From contig NMRA01000185.1 of NCBI GenBank assembly GCA_002633005.1, positions 527,921-591,920 on the forward strand: 64,000 nt of DNA, written 5' to 3'. The stretch is from Phoronis australis (Eukaryota; Animalia; Phoronida). How positions within the stretch are numbered: the stretch's first letter is position 1; each line of letters opens with the position of its first letter. Below are positions 39,470 to 53,244 of this stretch, in pieces. A program made the position numbers and the translations under genes. Below the pieces are notes generated by a model. It did not search any database, was not told where the DNA came from, and worked only from the letters and a program-made list of their open reading frames with translations.

Positions 39470-40504
39470 CACTGCCTACAGCATTGGAAGGAGACCACTG
39501 GGTTCAAGTAATATGAGAAGTAATGACGTACGACACACTAATTAATGCTCCCTCAGCAATAAGTGGATGACACCTCTGGACATGGTGTACCCTTTTATTG
39601 TAAAGTAACATTAGTACCTCAGGGAGACATACTGCAGTATTAAATATGAATTTTGCCTCTCAATATAGGGAGATGCTAAAACAAGATATCAACTTGCCCT
39701 TTGTAAAAGTTCTCCAATTTAGGACACTGAAAATATATAATTTGCTCAAGGTTGGCAACGAGAAGTCATCACTTCTAATCTAAATGAGAAGTCAGCCAAG
39801 GTAAGTGCTATTACGATAAGTGGTCTAAATCAGAGGTCGGTCTTTATGGTGGAAGGCAAGACATCGACCAGTAGGCAATAATAGCCATTCCAAAATCACG
39901 AATGACCAGAAAGACAGCAAAATTACCCCCTTGCAGATTGTCCAAAATTTGAGAAATGTAATGAATGTCAACATTCTACTCGTTCCAAATTCCAGAATCA
40001 AGAAAATTCAGTTTTTGCTGTACCTCCTTCACAAACCGGCTGAAACATCTAAGCATTTGCACTAGTCTAAGACCTTTTGGTAGTAGAAAAACGAAAGAAA
40101 TGAGAACAAATACAAGTACTAAGTTGAAAAATGAGGCTCTTCACGGACCTTCCTCACAACTCCTCAGTATCGCACTGGTAAAAACAACACCCATTACAAA
40201 CAAACTCAATAACAGATTTTTTTTTTATTTTTGGCTTGTTTCTTAGCAACAGGTATACTAAAGGCTATTAAATCTCTGAAGAAGTATTAATAAAATTCCT
40301 TTTGAGACACATAGTCATGGGGGGAACTCTTCAACTAGTGTTGCCCTGGAGTGTATTTGTTATTCCATAAAAATTAACATAAAAAGAAAAGGCCCACATC
40401 TTTTGTTTGCATTCACTACTTTTGAGCAAGCACAATGTATGACTGGCTATTGAACGCAGTCTGTATGTATGTTGATTTGACATAAAATTTGAAAGTTTTT
40501 TTAC

Positions 40505-40691
40505 CTGGTGAAAATTTCAATTTCACGAAGAACGTTGCTGCGACATCAACTTTTTTATTTACTCCCACTCTACAGGTCGCGCTTGTCGTCTGATTTGCAC
40601 GAAATTCACACTCAACCTCTAGTTCAGGAATAGCTGGAAGCCCATTGTTTTTCGTGATTATCGCATTCAAGATGGTGGTTGTGGTAGTCAT
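40505..40691 (-). CDS. Candidate first coding exon of an unknown protein
   Basis: ATG in the context gaaaacaaaATG, 62 open codons (MTTTTTILNAIITKNNGLPAIPELEVECEFRANQTTSATCRVGVNKKVDVAATFFVKLKFSP), then donor CAG|gtaaaa (phase 1). No recognised domain. Confidence 0.3.
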
Positions 40692-43634
40692 TTTGTTTTC
40701 AAATTCAGATTCAAATGCTCATAGAGGCCCTAATTTTTTAAATACGTGGCTGAAAATCGGTATAATTATTTTAGCAGATGTATACTACAGATGTACCATG
40801 TAATCAAAAGTGGGACATATGCATCTTGGATTCCGAGTCCACCAGGGAAGAAAATAGCAGCAAAAATGATTTTTATCGAGCCTGCCCAAAATGAAACAGG
40901 TAATAGAGGACATCATGTTGAAAGCAAAAAAGTACGAATAACCAGGCATTAATACAACAGTTTCCCGGTAAATATCACCATCTATATCAAAACCAGGGGC
41001 ATTCTGATGCTCTTCCAGGGTGCTTCAAAGACAGTTCAAAGTCAAAAGCGGGCGACATTGGACAACTCTGCATGGAACATTTTGGATCGCAAGATAAAGG
41101 ATCTTTTAGGGCTACCTAAATGTCATGATCTTTCAACATAAAAATGATTCAGAACTATTTTCAGAGATGTTCAGAAAAACAAAACATTCTAAAAAATATA
41201 AATTCAACAGAATTTACAGACGATTTATACACCACTTCCAATGTTCTTTAACTATGTCTTCACACTTTAACACAATTTTCCATATAACAACAAAGGAGAT
41301 TTTACTACAAGTTAACACAATTCGCCAATGCCTGATCCAATTGATATGTACAAGCAGATGTTTCTTCAACACCAGCTGTCTAGACCTGGGCCAAAACCAC
41401 AGAATTATATGTATTCACATACAGCACTGTAATCATATATAACTAACTGGGCATTCTGACTCCAAATAGAACACAACCACACAAAGAAACCACACCAAGG
41501 TAACCCATTTCATCCAACCATCAGCTCTAAGCTTCCTGCCGCAAAAATGCAACCTATGATAAACAGTGTTTAGGATTACCATGACTTATCTAATCAGTTT
41601 GCCAAGACTCCCCCTGTGGGCTTTGTCTACCCAAATTTGGCATAAGCAAGACATGATTTGAAGAGTAACCACTTAAGGTTCACAAAAGGTACCTTAATGT
41701 GGTATGATTTCAGAACAGAGGTTTTGATGCAAATATGAATTAATGGGAGGCACCCATCTCTTGGAGCAATGAAGGAATATGGTGACACCTATTGTTATTA
41801 AGTAAATGGCAAGCTTGGTGCATGGGTGGAAATATGCAAGGAAGGAAAGTGTTTTCATAAAAGAAGTCCTGACATTCTGAGTAAGCCTTTATTAAAATAC
41901 TTGTTAAATGACAAGCAATTATACAATTAATAACAATTTCATTTCGTACCACGCCACAACAATAGCTCCCTGTACATGTATAAAATGCTCATTGTAACCA
42001 AAAATACCCATTAACTGTTAGTTTGGGACTAGAAACTGGAATGGAAGAGAACATTATCAATCACTGCTTCGTAAATGTAACAGTTCACTATAAGATAAAA
42101 ATATTAAATTATGTAATTGTTGATAATTAAAGAATAAATGAAAACTTTTCATGAAAGAAGAAAACTAATATAGTCCTTTCAAATTCATAAACTTTGGTCG
42201 CAAAATCCGCCAACAAAAAACTATTGTCTCTACCACCAGAAGCAACTATTGGCCTTCAATGAAAGAAGGAGTATCCGTACAATTCTTCTGGGAGTATTTT
42301 TAGGAAATATACGTATCTAATTGAATGTTAATCACACATGTAAATAAAGACTTCCTTGAAAGACACTATCAATATTAAAATATTGAAGTCAATCAAGAAC
42401 AGTGCCCGGGTCAAAGGTCAAAAACAGTAGGTTTCCCAACTGAAACATTCACAAAATGTCTGCAGCTGAGTGGAAAGTGCCGTTATATAACTCACAGAGA
42501 TCATCGACCTGCACAAGAACATAATTAGCAGGAGAAAATGACACTTCAATGCTGACTGCTTCTCAAGCCAGAATAGGTCAAACTCCTTCGAGACAACGAC
42601 TTGCAAAGACTTGGAGAGAAGACCCAATTAATTGGATGACAGGGAAAACAAAGAATTTTAAGTCGGACAAATTGTCCGAGTGTCCGTCATTAATTGGTTT
42701 GAATAAGCTACATCTGAAGAAGAAAATTAGACAATAGCGCCCGTCACCGAGTGTCAAGAGAATTTTATACATCATGATTAAACTAAAGGCTAATTGAGAA
42801 ATTAATTTCTTAGTATCACTAGCCATATAAGGCCATTCCTAAATTTATTGCAAATTCTAACCTGAAATTTCAGAAACTTCATAACAATCACACTACGGCA
42901 GGTATCTCCTTACGTTTTTGCACAATGATCTTTTTCAGAGCAAACAAAACCTCTTGGTTGATGGAAGAAAACATATTCAGGAAACATTTAGAATTTTGAC
43001 AGAGCAATCAAACCAACAAAAACCTACATTTTACTCAGGTTTACTGAAAGATAATATGCATAATTTTTGAAGCCGTTATGAACCAGGTTCAGGTCTGGTG
43101 TCAAAAACAACTTTGTAGTTGCATTCACTCTTCCACTTCAAAGTCATAGCGTTTCTTTTCTTTTTTGAATTGAAACTGGCTTCAGTTGAGCCCTGTAATG
43201 TGGGGGCGCAAGCACATTGCTCTAGTTGCTGAATTTACTAACAAGAAACTCTAATGAACCTGATCTGATGCAATAGAGGCTGGCAGTTCTTTTCAAGCTG
43301 TGTTTACATGGGGAGCAGTAGTCATGGCGTTGAGTTGTCACAGTGCCACTTGTTCAACTTAAGTTGCATTTACACATTAGATTGCACACTGGATCATTTA
43401 CATGAAGACTGCGCATGCTTGCATAAACAAAAGCGAATGTCCAAACTACGTAGAATGCTAGCGAATCACCCGTATCTACATTGCTGCCCAAGTGTAACAG
43501 AGATGATCCCTTCTGACTTGCCCCAGTTTTGAGTTTCGATGTGTAGAGCAACTGATTGAGTGCAACTTGCTCTAACTCTCAAATTGGTGTCAAAATGGCA
43601 GCCGTGGTGTCAACTTCGTTTCATGTCAGCCATG

Positions 43635-43636
<2 letters not shown>

Positions 43637-43687
<51 letters not shown>
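43637..43687 (+). repeat. (CA)25 microsatellite
   Basis: Perfect CA dinucleotide run. Confidence 0.98.
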
Positions 43688-43692
<5 letters not shown>

Positions 43693-44029
43693 TCCGATCA
43701 GCTGCTCCGTGCTGCTCTGTGACAACAGTCTCACCTGTAAATGCAGCTAAAATCAGGTCTAATCTCAGTAATGATCAAGATAAGACTAACTTTATTATGA
43801 TAAGCCGCCTTAACAAAAGCTGTTTTTTTTACACAAGGCGTGGGTTTATTGCTCTAGACCTCAATAAAATCTAATAATGGAAAGCACAACTGCCGTAATT
43901 TCAAAAATCATTAAACATAATCTAGTAATAAGCAGATTATATTTATAAAAATTTAATTCAAGTGCCAGGCACTGATGTTAAAAATCGCCCACAATATGAC
44001 AAGAGCTTCCACACAGGCCTTCAACTAGA

Positions 44030-44380
44030 GGGCGCCCAGGGTTGTCGGAACGGACAACGTGATTTAAATTGAAACACCCAAGACAGGACATCCTATTTGG
44101 CATTAGTTAACGACCAAGTAAAGTAACCAAGGTTGTCTTATTCAACTTGTCAGCAGTAGTTTTGGGAGCTCATAGGCTTGACAAGAATTTTAAAAGTTGG
44201 TTTTGAAATGATATGATACAAAAATTTTAGAGCAGAACCACGTCTCCACAACAGCACGCCACACAGCAATTTGCCTTGGGTCATAGAAACAATGCCTGAC
44301 GCATTACTGTCACCGACGCTCTGAGATATTGGGAAACCCATTCTGGACGCCCTATTTCAAAAATCCTGGATCAACCCCTG
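44030..44380. mobile_element. DNA transposon remnant (one hAT-like end)
   Basis: Ends AAATCCTGGATCAACCCCTG, with GGGCGCCCAG / CTGGACGCCC internal inverted motifs. Left TIR not found. Confidence 0.35.
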
Positions 44381-45347
44381 ATTCTAAATTCCTCGAACAT
44401 CTGGCCACAACTCATCCCAACCACTAAGTAGGACCTTGTAAAAACAGTCAAACTTGTCTGACTTCTATCTTACCTTACAAAAAGCAATGGGATTCATATC
44501 AAACTTTCACATACTATGCCTTATCCCTTTCTCACAATCCTTGTTCAGAAGTAATTTAAAATGTTCCAACATTTGCATGAAAGGCTATAAAAATAGGACT
44601 TTTAATATGATTTTCATGAAAAATCTGAAAAGTTGCATAAAGCAAGAACTAAATATTTTACAAAATGAAACTGTAACAGCATTTTTGACATCTTACCTCA
44701 ACAATTTACATTAAATTGTGTTATTGATACCGTTGTTTTGCAATGCATGTTATGGGCATTCATGTTCTCCTTTTTGCGATGGATAATGTGCAGGTGTTGC
44801 TTTGTGTACCTGTACAGGAGAGTGTAGTGTTTAACAGCACTAGCTTTAGACTACGAAAAATATCTCTTTTATTGGATTGCAAATGAAATGTTTGTTAATT
44901 AGTTAATTAGTTAATAACTCAAAGGGCAAAACAACGCAGACACATTAATTTTCCAGATCATCAACATAACCGAACCACTTGGATCTCCAAAGCGACTTCG
45001 ACGGCAAACCCCAGAGCAAAAAATAAAACGGGTCGTAACAAAAAGCAGCCATGTGTTCTCTGATGTATTAACTTGATTATCAACCCACACAAACCATTGG
45101 AGAATTAGTATCTTAAGCTCTACAAGCTCTTTAACCCAGTGCAAATTGCTAACTGTTCAACAACATGGCCTAATTCTGTCAGTGTATGTGTTTTGCTTGT
45201 AATGACGGACTGGGAATTTGAAACTGAACCTCAGCACTGTGTATGATGAGGAAGGATTAAGGAATCAAACACAAAATTTGTAATTTTGTATTTATTTATT
45301 TTACAGAAATTATTATGAAATGTTTTACTATCCAAAAATCTGTTTAA

Positions 45348-45852
45348 AGTTAGGTAGGACCCTAAAAAAATGTTCAATTTGGGCTAACTGTGGAACATAA
45401 TAGCTCAGAACGGAGTCAAATGAAACTTTAAGATATTATGCATGGGCACTGCTCTCCAAAACACTATGAGGAATTATTTTTAAAATGTTGAACCTTTGTA
45501 TGAGACTATAAAAAGGGGACTTGATTTTTGCACAAAAACTTCAAAGCTGCATAAAACTAAAAAACTAGGAGTATGAAAACAGTAACAGCATTTTAGAAAT
45601 TTTATCTTGAATATTTACGTCCTGTGAAATTTGATCGTGTAATTGATCCTGTTGTGAACCTACCCTTCTTATTTGCTTAAATTTTCTAAAAAGCAGGATC
45701 ATGTGAGCTTATTAATGGCAGATTGGTATAAAGTCAACAATCAAATTCTACACAATTTCTGATTTCAGAAACTATACACTTTTGCTAAGTTGAATTCAAT
45801 AATGTTGTAGATATTTAGCTAAATGTGCTTGTCAATAAGGTCCTACATAAAC
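45348..45852 (+). mobile_element. Old TTAA-type MITE, same family as 19459-19944
   Basis: TTAA|AGTTAGGTAGGACC ... GGTCCTACATAAAC, with the family core at ~45576. Another fragment lies at ~44425-44740. Confidence 0.55.
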
Positions 45853-46029
45853 AATACTGCATTAACATATTAAACTTGCCGGGGACTAGCCGCCCAGGGC
45901 CCCTAAATTGAGGAACTAAAAATGGAGGTTACATATAGCATGAGTGTTTACAAACAAAATTTTGAGAAGTAAGGTGACCATTTATGCAAACGTCAATTCG
46001 GGCTCGAACGCCGTACTCCGTAAAAGTTA

Positions 46030-48027
46030 CCGTAAACGTTCGGGTTAATGCCCATGCTCAATTAACCAGCCACTCACTACTTGAGGTGGATTTTCGATTT
46101 AACCACCCACTACTTGGTTAAGCGCCCCACTGCGATTTTTGAAAATTTCCAGTTAAGCGCCCACCCCTCGGTTAAGCGCCCATCCCCAACTTTTAAAGAA
46201 TGAAGATTTAGCGCCCAGTGCTAAGGAAACGCGCGATTCTCCGACTTTTAAAAAAAAGATCGATGATCACAATGAGCGTAACGACGCCGGGCCTCTCAGA
46301 CGGTGGTTTAGCAATGTGAATTACAATTATACAAGTAACGAGTTATTATCTTGGGTCATGGGCTCACTTCAAAATATAATACTTGAACATTTTTGTCACT
46401 TTATTTTCTTCCCATGTTTGCAAAGTTTAAGAATGCCATCGGCGTCAAAACCTCCGCTTTCAGCAACTTTGTCTGCCGCGCTGAGTTTCCGTCTGCAGTG
46501 CACTAGATAAAACATATATTCGAAAAAAATCAGGCCAGAGAAATGAGGCAATGGTTTTGCCAAACCTCCAAATTCTATATTCTTCATTCGAGTCTGAAAT
46601 ATCTACGACGTAGTAGACTGACTGAAAATTGGCGATAGTGGGTAGGTGATGCACACAGCTGGCTACGGGCATGGGCTTAGGGAGCATCGAGCCGGGAAAT
46701 ATCGGAATTGAATTGACATGCAGTTTTGGGGAACATTGACAATGGAGGAATATCATAAAGAACTGGGCCTTTCGTAACAACAGCTTAAAAATCACCCCCG
46801 TTTCTGTTACTTAGGACTGTCGCTATTCTCTTGATGTGTGACTTTGTAGTGGTGCACGCGCGCAAGTTCCCACACTTTGGAGTGCATGTTACCTTGACAC
46901 CAACATGTGATTGACAGGTGACTCACACGTAGGCCCTACGTGCGTGCTGAATCCCGCCGCTATCTTTTGCCATAAAGAACGAGATGCATATTGAAAGAGG
47001 CCGTTATCACGATTACCTGACGGCATTTCCAAGTCACGATTGCCAGCCGACTGAGACATTACGCACTAACAGCGGGACCGAACAGTGCCGCAGTGCAATA
47101 TTGCAAGTGATATGAATAGGATAATCTGGACATCTTGCATGAAAAATAAATGTTTTTCGAGCATGAAGTTTGGTAAGGTGATTGTTTAAGAATGAATTGA
47201 AACATCGCTGTTTTGTGGCGTTTTATCACATATTTATGACAGCCGCTTAACCCCGATTCTTGCCTTGGGCCTACTTCTTTGCCGAGCATGTTTGGCGCAA
47301 CGGCAAGTGAGCAATGCCGGGCGGTCGAGATAAAACAGCAAGCCACAGAACCATACGCTGAAAATGTCATTGAGTCACGGAGTGTCGACTATAAACATCC
47401 CAAACACAAAAAACATCTGAATTAAGATTTTCAAACTCTTATTACAACCAATTTTAAAACTGCTCTCTCACTATGAACGTGGCAGCTAGTACGAGACTAA
47501 CCATAAATTTGATGTCTGCTGTGACCTCTGCAACACGTGAAGCTTGCACGTGCGCACTTTAGCAAGGCCACATCTTGAAATAGTTGCAATCCAAGTAGAG
47601 GCTGCATGGTCACTGGTTGTCTGTGCTCTACAGGACAAAGTAACAAGACCGCAGGACGGCACGGGGCTATTACTCAGCAATTCTGTAAATTTAATAGTGA
47701 ATAACTAATCTGAGGGCAAGAGAACCTTTGTTGGGATCATCCACTGTTATGACATTTTTCCCGTCATGTGGCGACGTGACAATAACGCTCTTTGAAAAGA
47801 ATGCTACGCATTCCGAGTACGTGTGTGGTGAGGGGACTTAGATCACGAGGTAAGATTAACCGCCCAGGGCGGTTGCCTGTCATAATAAGCGCCCATATTC
47901 GGTTAACCGCCCACCCTGGATTTCTTGAAATTTCACGTTTAAGCGCCCATGTCTGGTTAACCGCCCACCCCCGATTTTTTGGGTTTGCCAATTTAACCGC
48001 CCGGGGCGTTAACCCGAACGTTTACGG
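46030..48027. mobile_element. 2.0-kb non-autonomous Tc2/pogo-like element (second family)
   Basis: TA|CCGTAAACGTTCGGGTTAATGCCC ... GGGCGTTAACCCGAACGTTTACGG|TA (24-bp TIR, 1 mismatch). Arrays of TTAA(G/C)CGCCC subterminal motifs at both ends. Confidence 0.92.
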
Positions 48028-51000
48028 TAACTAAAACATAGAAGTGATAACAAGTATTTTGTCGTATGAATAAGGAAAGGTGTCGCACAAATTCTGACTG
48101 TATGTTCCTCAAAGGTAAGTTAAAATTCATACAAGATGTTTGCTTTCAATAAAATTTCTACCCTGTAAATTGGTGGGTGGACGGTTTGGACCCAGACAAA
48201 TAAAACTAAAATGCCAAAATTAAAAACAATGCTATAATTAGGTGAAATTTACGTAGCATTGTAAATTACTAAGCAGTTCGCAAATGATTAGCTGGCCATG
48301 GACCTGGTCAATCCTATTCCTTTTGAACTCCTCGGGAGCATGCAATGGGTGTAATCGTGGTCAGAGCACACCCATTAATCTAAACACAAAATTCTGTAAA
48401 AAATTCAAGCGCTAAATTATCCCTGTGGTTACCTGAATCAAAAAAAAAGCTCTGCAAAACTTTTGAACCTGTGCATTCCTATTCTTATTTATGGGTCAAA
48501 ATCATGCTGGTGATAAGTAATCACTAAACACTTGAAAAGAACTCGACATTGAAAAGGCATTCAATTTGATGTTGCTTGCCTGTCAACAGAAATGGAAAAA
48601 TGTCACCATATTGTGTCCTAAATTAGTGACATGTTATCACAGTCAGTACTGACTACACAGCCCCCTATTTTGGCTGACCTGGTCACAAAAGGACTGGACA
48701 ATAAGAAATGTCAACAGAGATAGGACCAGTCACTCCTGGTCATAATAAACAGATATCACCACAGTGTTTATTGTTTGTCTTACTGACCAGCCACTGAAGC
48801 CAGGAGTGGCATTTTATCCAGGTGAATCAGTGGTGTTGAGAGGCTGGGAGGTGTACTAATGACTAACTATTCTTGGAACTGTTGAAGAATGTACACAGGA
48901 AAGTCAAAAGGGAGCAAATAGCAGGATGACACAGTGTATGGCTCATACTACCATGTACCACAACTATTTAAAACCGGCTTTAAGTTTAATTTTAAAAGCC
49001 AGAAAAGCCACCAGGTTTACCCACTTCAAAGAGGACTCAGCTGCAGTGAAGATTCTGCTCTATGTATGCTGCATCATAGGGACATGGTTCTATAAGCAAA
49101 CGCTGTGCGCCTGTGGCTAGAAGTAAAAAAACAAAAAACCTCGAGTAAAATGCCCAGCCTCCTATTTCTACCCTGACCTCTTTAATGTGAACAATTAGAA
49201 GTTCCAGGCGAGAAATAACCGTAGTTAATAGCGTATTAAAATACTATGCTGACCACCAAGAGCTGAAGTTGTACCAGTATGAAGTTACTTTGAAAATATT
49301 TCAAAGTGGAACTTCCACGCTAACTTCCTACTTCTGCGATTGCTTGGTCAAATTTAAGTTAGAAACACAACATCTAGCGATGATGTGAATATGAAGTAGG
49401 TTGAAAATTGCCAAATGTTTTTAAGAACGAGTTTTGTGGCGAAAATGATGCGCAGCAAATCAGTAAACCATGTCCAGCAAGTATCATGATGCGGGCTGTG
49501 TGAGCCTGCAAGGTACGTCATTAGTGCAAAGGTCACCTATTTGAACAATTTTTTATTTTCGCATTTACAAGTTGTCAGTGAATACAATTGCACTTTGTTT
49601 AGCATAGATTATGTTCAAATAGCATAGTCACTTAGTTCCTGTTGTACTTAAGTATAGTAAGGAGCATGCAAATACATCTTTAAATGAAAAAACAATTTTG
49701 TTTCATGATTGTGAACTACATAAACAAGATATCTGCTCCTAAAAATAGAAACGAGACCAATGTGAAGGAAATTAGCAAAACATAAGCATATGCTTAATAA
49801 CTTCATGTACATAATACATTTGATCTCGGTAACAGGAAAATATCTTATCTTACCTAAGTTGAGTTACACCTCCAATGTTTACTAATTTTTGATTGGCCGA
49901 TGCAGTCGGGACTACTTTCAAATAGAGAGGAAGTCAAGCTTCCTAGAAATATGCTAGAGTAATAACCACATGCCTAAATTGGATACAGTTGGACTTCCTT
50001 GTTAACATAAGGATAATGGGTCATAGTTATCACAAATGCGCTATCTTGAGGCAAACATGCACCAAATAAAAGGGAACAATGGCTGCATTAAAAAGACATG
50101 ATCGGACAAGAATTGAGTGCAAACGGCTTTTGATAAATCATCCATGAATGGAATTTTGATTCAACAGTCTTAAGTTTTTGACATGAAGTTTGCAATCCAG
50201 AGCAGTCAATATGCCAAAGGGTTGATTGTTATTAACTGTATAATCAGTTTGAGAATTGTAATACTCACAGTGAACACAGGGCAAAGGGAAATAAACCTGC
50301 CCTTAATTATACAGTCTGCAGATGCACTACCCCTGGACAGACTGTGAATGACAACACATTTTAAAAAATCAAGACAAGTGTTGTCCTTACTATTAATATT
50401 TTAGAACTGCACTAGACAATAACATCAAATCAAGTAGCATGCAGGTAGTATTTGACATACACTTTATCATGCTGTGTCTGACATCTGAAACAGATGCTAA
50501 AACACAGACCAAGGCTCAGTGTAGACAGTCTATTTTCTAATATTTTGTATTTTCATTTACTATTCCGAAAAACTACTGCAACACTTTTTTGTCCCAAACT
50601 ATGTAGGCACTAACTAGAATATCCTCTCTCAATAGTCACGTCGGGGATGCGGTAGCCAAAGGAATGGGGCAAAGGGGACGTGCAGCTGAGATGGGGAGGG
50701 GGGTCATTTTTTAGTATTCTAGGTCACCTTTTTACCATTTTGAAATTAATTTGTGACGGATTGTAAGAGGGCATCAGAACTTAAGGATGTGCCAGAGAGC
50801 ACTGTTCTTGCTTGACAAGTTTCAGCCTAATAATGCTCTGCACCATATTGACATGATTTTTAAAAGTGTGAAAAATCCAGTTAATCTGGCTTAAGGAACC
50901 AGAAATTAAAATTCAAATCATCACCAGGATAGGGCCATAATTTGGGGTAAATAAACCCAGGTGAGGCAGAAATTTGAATCATATTTTATTCCTCTTCTAA

Positions 51001-52919
51001 CAGGTATAGATGTACCAAAAACAATTCTACTCTTAGTGTAAACATTGCTGGTGTTTTTTCTTTATTTTGGCCTGGCATAAATATGGCTCCAGATATAGAA
51101 GAATAACCACACTCCCCTAAATTAAAAATATGACCCTCCCAAGGATGACGTTCTCCTTCTGAGTTTGAGAAGCTCTCTCTTTTTAGTTCTTACTATTTTT
51201 CATATAGTACTCAAACCAAAGGACTATTTCTTACCCCATTCATATTGTTATTGATCGGAACAAAGATCAATGTCAATTCACTAGTTTTTTGTTTTTAGTT
51301 TTGGTTTGTAAAGAGTTATTACAATAGAAGGACACAAACCTCAAACTGCTCAATATAGACTTCATATCCAAGAGAGCTAGTCAAGCTTCTATGAAAATAA
51401 TGCACAGTAAAACACCAAAAATTCATGACCACAACCACTTCATGAAATCCTTCAAAAGAAGCTTTTTGACATCTGCATCCATATCAATCACTGACAAAAA
51501 ACAAAGTATGAAGTTACAGCGACTACAGTGGACAGCCCCTGCAAACAATGTAGTTCTACTACGCGCCACCAGAGGGGGTTTCTGTACAGGCCACATATTG
51601 AGATCAATGTATACCTGTACTCGTGACAGTCCAAGTTTTGATCAAGGTCATCATAAATTTGTTGAAATCTGACAGACCATCAGCAACTCATTAACATGCT
51701 GTGTTCTCCCAATACCAAGCTGCATAAAACTTCTAAATTAATCCATGAAAATTTGACTATATAGCATGCCGGTTTATTCAGTGAGATATGGAAGTGTGGC
51801 GTTATTTGATGTTTTTCAATGCATACATAAATTTTGCGCAACCAGTCCAACATTTAAGACAAATAAAAAAGCAAATCTTTATCAGATGAATATTAAGTTA
51901 ACTTGAAGTAATTGATCAGTTATTGGCAGGAGCAAGATTACAAATATAAAATGTCATTTGTTTATTTTTACAAACTTAGGGCACTTCAGACTTTCTAATA
52001 AAGTATTGTAACTGAGTAAATAAACAGGCACTATTCTGGACCCCCCAAAACAAAATCTTTGTATTTTTGACAATTTATATCAATACGGTAGATACAATCT
52101 AATCATGTAAGGAAAACCAAGCTAATCAGTGTAGAGAGACTGAGCAATAAGTCACCCAGGCTTTCATTAAGTCCTCAACACCATGGTAACATTGGTGAAG
52201 TGAATGCCCTCATTATGTAAGACTTCTACAAGACATTGCCACCTTCCAGCCTTTGTACACTTGATGGTTGGAAGACTGGCACTTAACTATGAGAAATTAA
52301 AAGCATCAACCATTCACAAGTCATTGGGTTGCAAGCATCAAGTCCCCAACTTTCCAGAAAGCAGGAAATGAAGGGAGGATGTTGTGCAACTTCGGAAGGC
52401 ATCGAAAAATGAAGGCAAACAAGCAAGCAAGCAAGCAAAGGGACCACCAGTATGGGTTGAAACAAATTAGAATCTGTCACACAATTATTTCAAAATTCTT
52501 AAAAATAGCGACTCCAAGAAGTTCGCATAAGTTCACAATAAACATGGAGATGTGCTACATGTCATATACCAGTAAGTAAATAAAATTATAAATCTTGCAT
52601 GTTTTAATAAAAGTGCAAGATTTCAGTTTAAAATGTGGGGAAAATGTCAAACAAAATGTGCACTGCATCACAGAGAAAAGACCAATAACCCCAACTCATT
52701 TTGCAACCTGTGTCACAACTTGAAGAAAAAAAGGCATTCAACCACATCTAAAATCAGTCAAGATCTCCAACTTTTTCAGATTTTTTGAAAAGCTCCACAA
52801 AAGAAAACAGGTAAGGTTTGCTCAAGGGTTGCCTCAAAACTTATCCGCTAGATAACTTTTTACGGGTCATTAGGCCACCCCCCCCCGAAATGTCCTGATT
52901 TTTACTAGGTTTAAACGTC

Positions 52920-53244
52920 GACTCTCGGCTTAATGCCCAATTGATGCAATCAACAGTTCCTTGGAAGTGTGGCTCTCAAAATAATTTTTCTCCCAAAGCC
53001 CGTGATACTCCCTTACACCTATCATTTACATTCATTTACAGTCAGCCAATGTTTTATTTCAATTTTCTTTTATGAGAAGTCGGTTGTTAATGTAGCTTCC
53101 TTAACTCAATCGACCGTTCGTGCAATTGCCAACCTCGACTTCTCAGAAATTTTGTTTTTAAATGGAGGCTCAGGTTACGGCTCACCCCCCAATTTTGAGT
53201 TTCCTCAATTTAAGCACCCTGGGCATTGATCCGGATGAATACAG
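52920..53244. mobile_element. Remnant of a TA-flanked Tc2-like element
   Basis: Right-end-like TTAAGCACCCTGGGCATTGATCCGGATGAATACAG|TA. The left end is degenerate. Confidence 0.4.

Noticed and set aside
43556-43874. HT/TH-repeat ORFs
   Set aside because: Translations of the (CA)n microsatellite.
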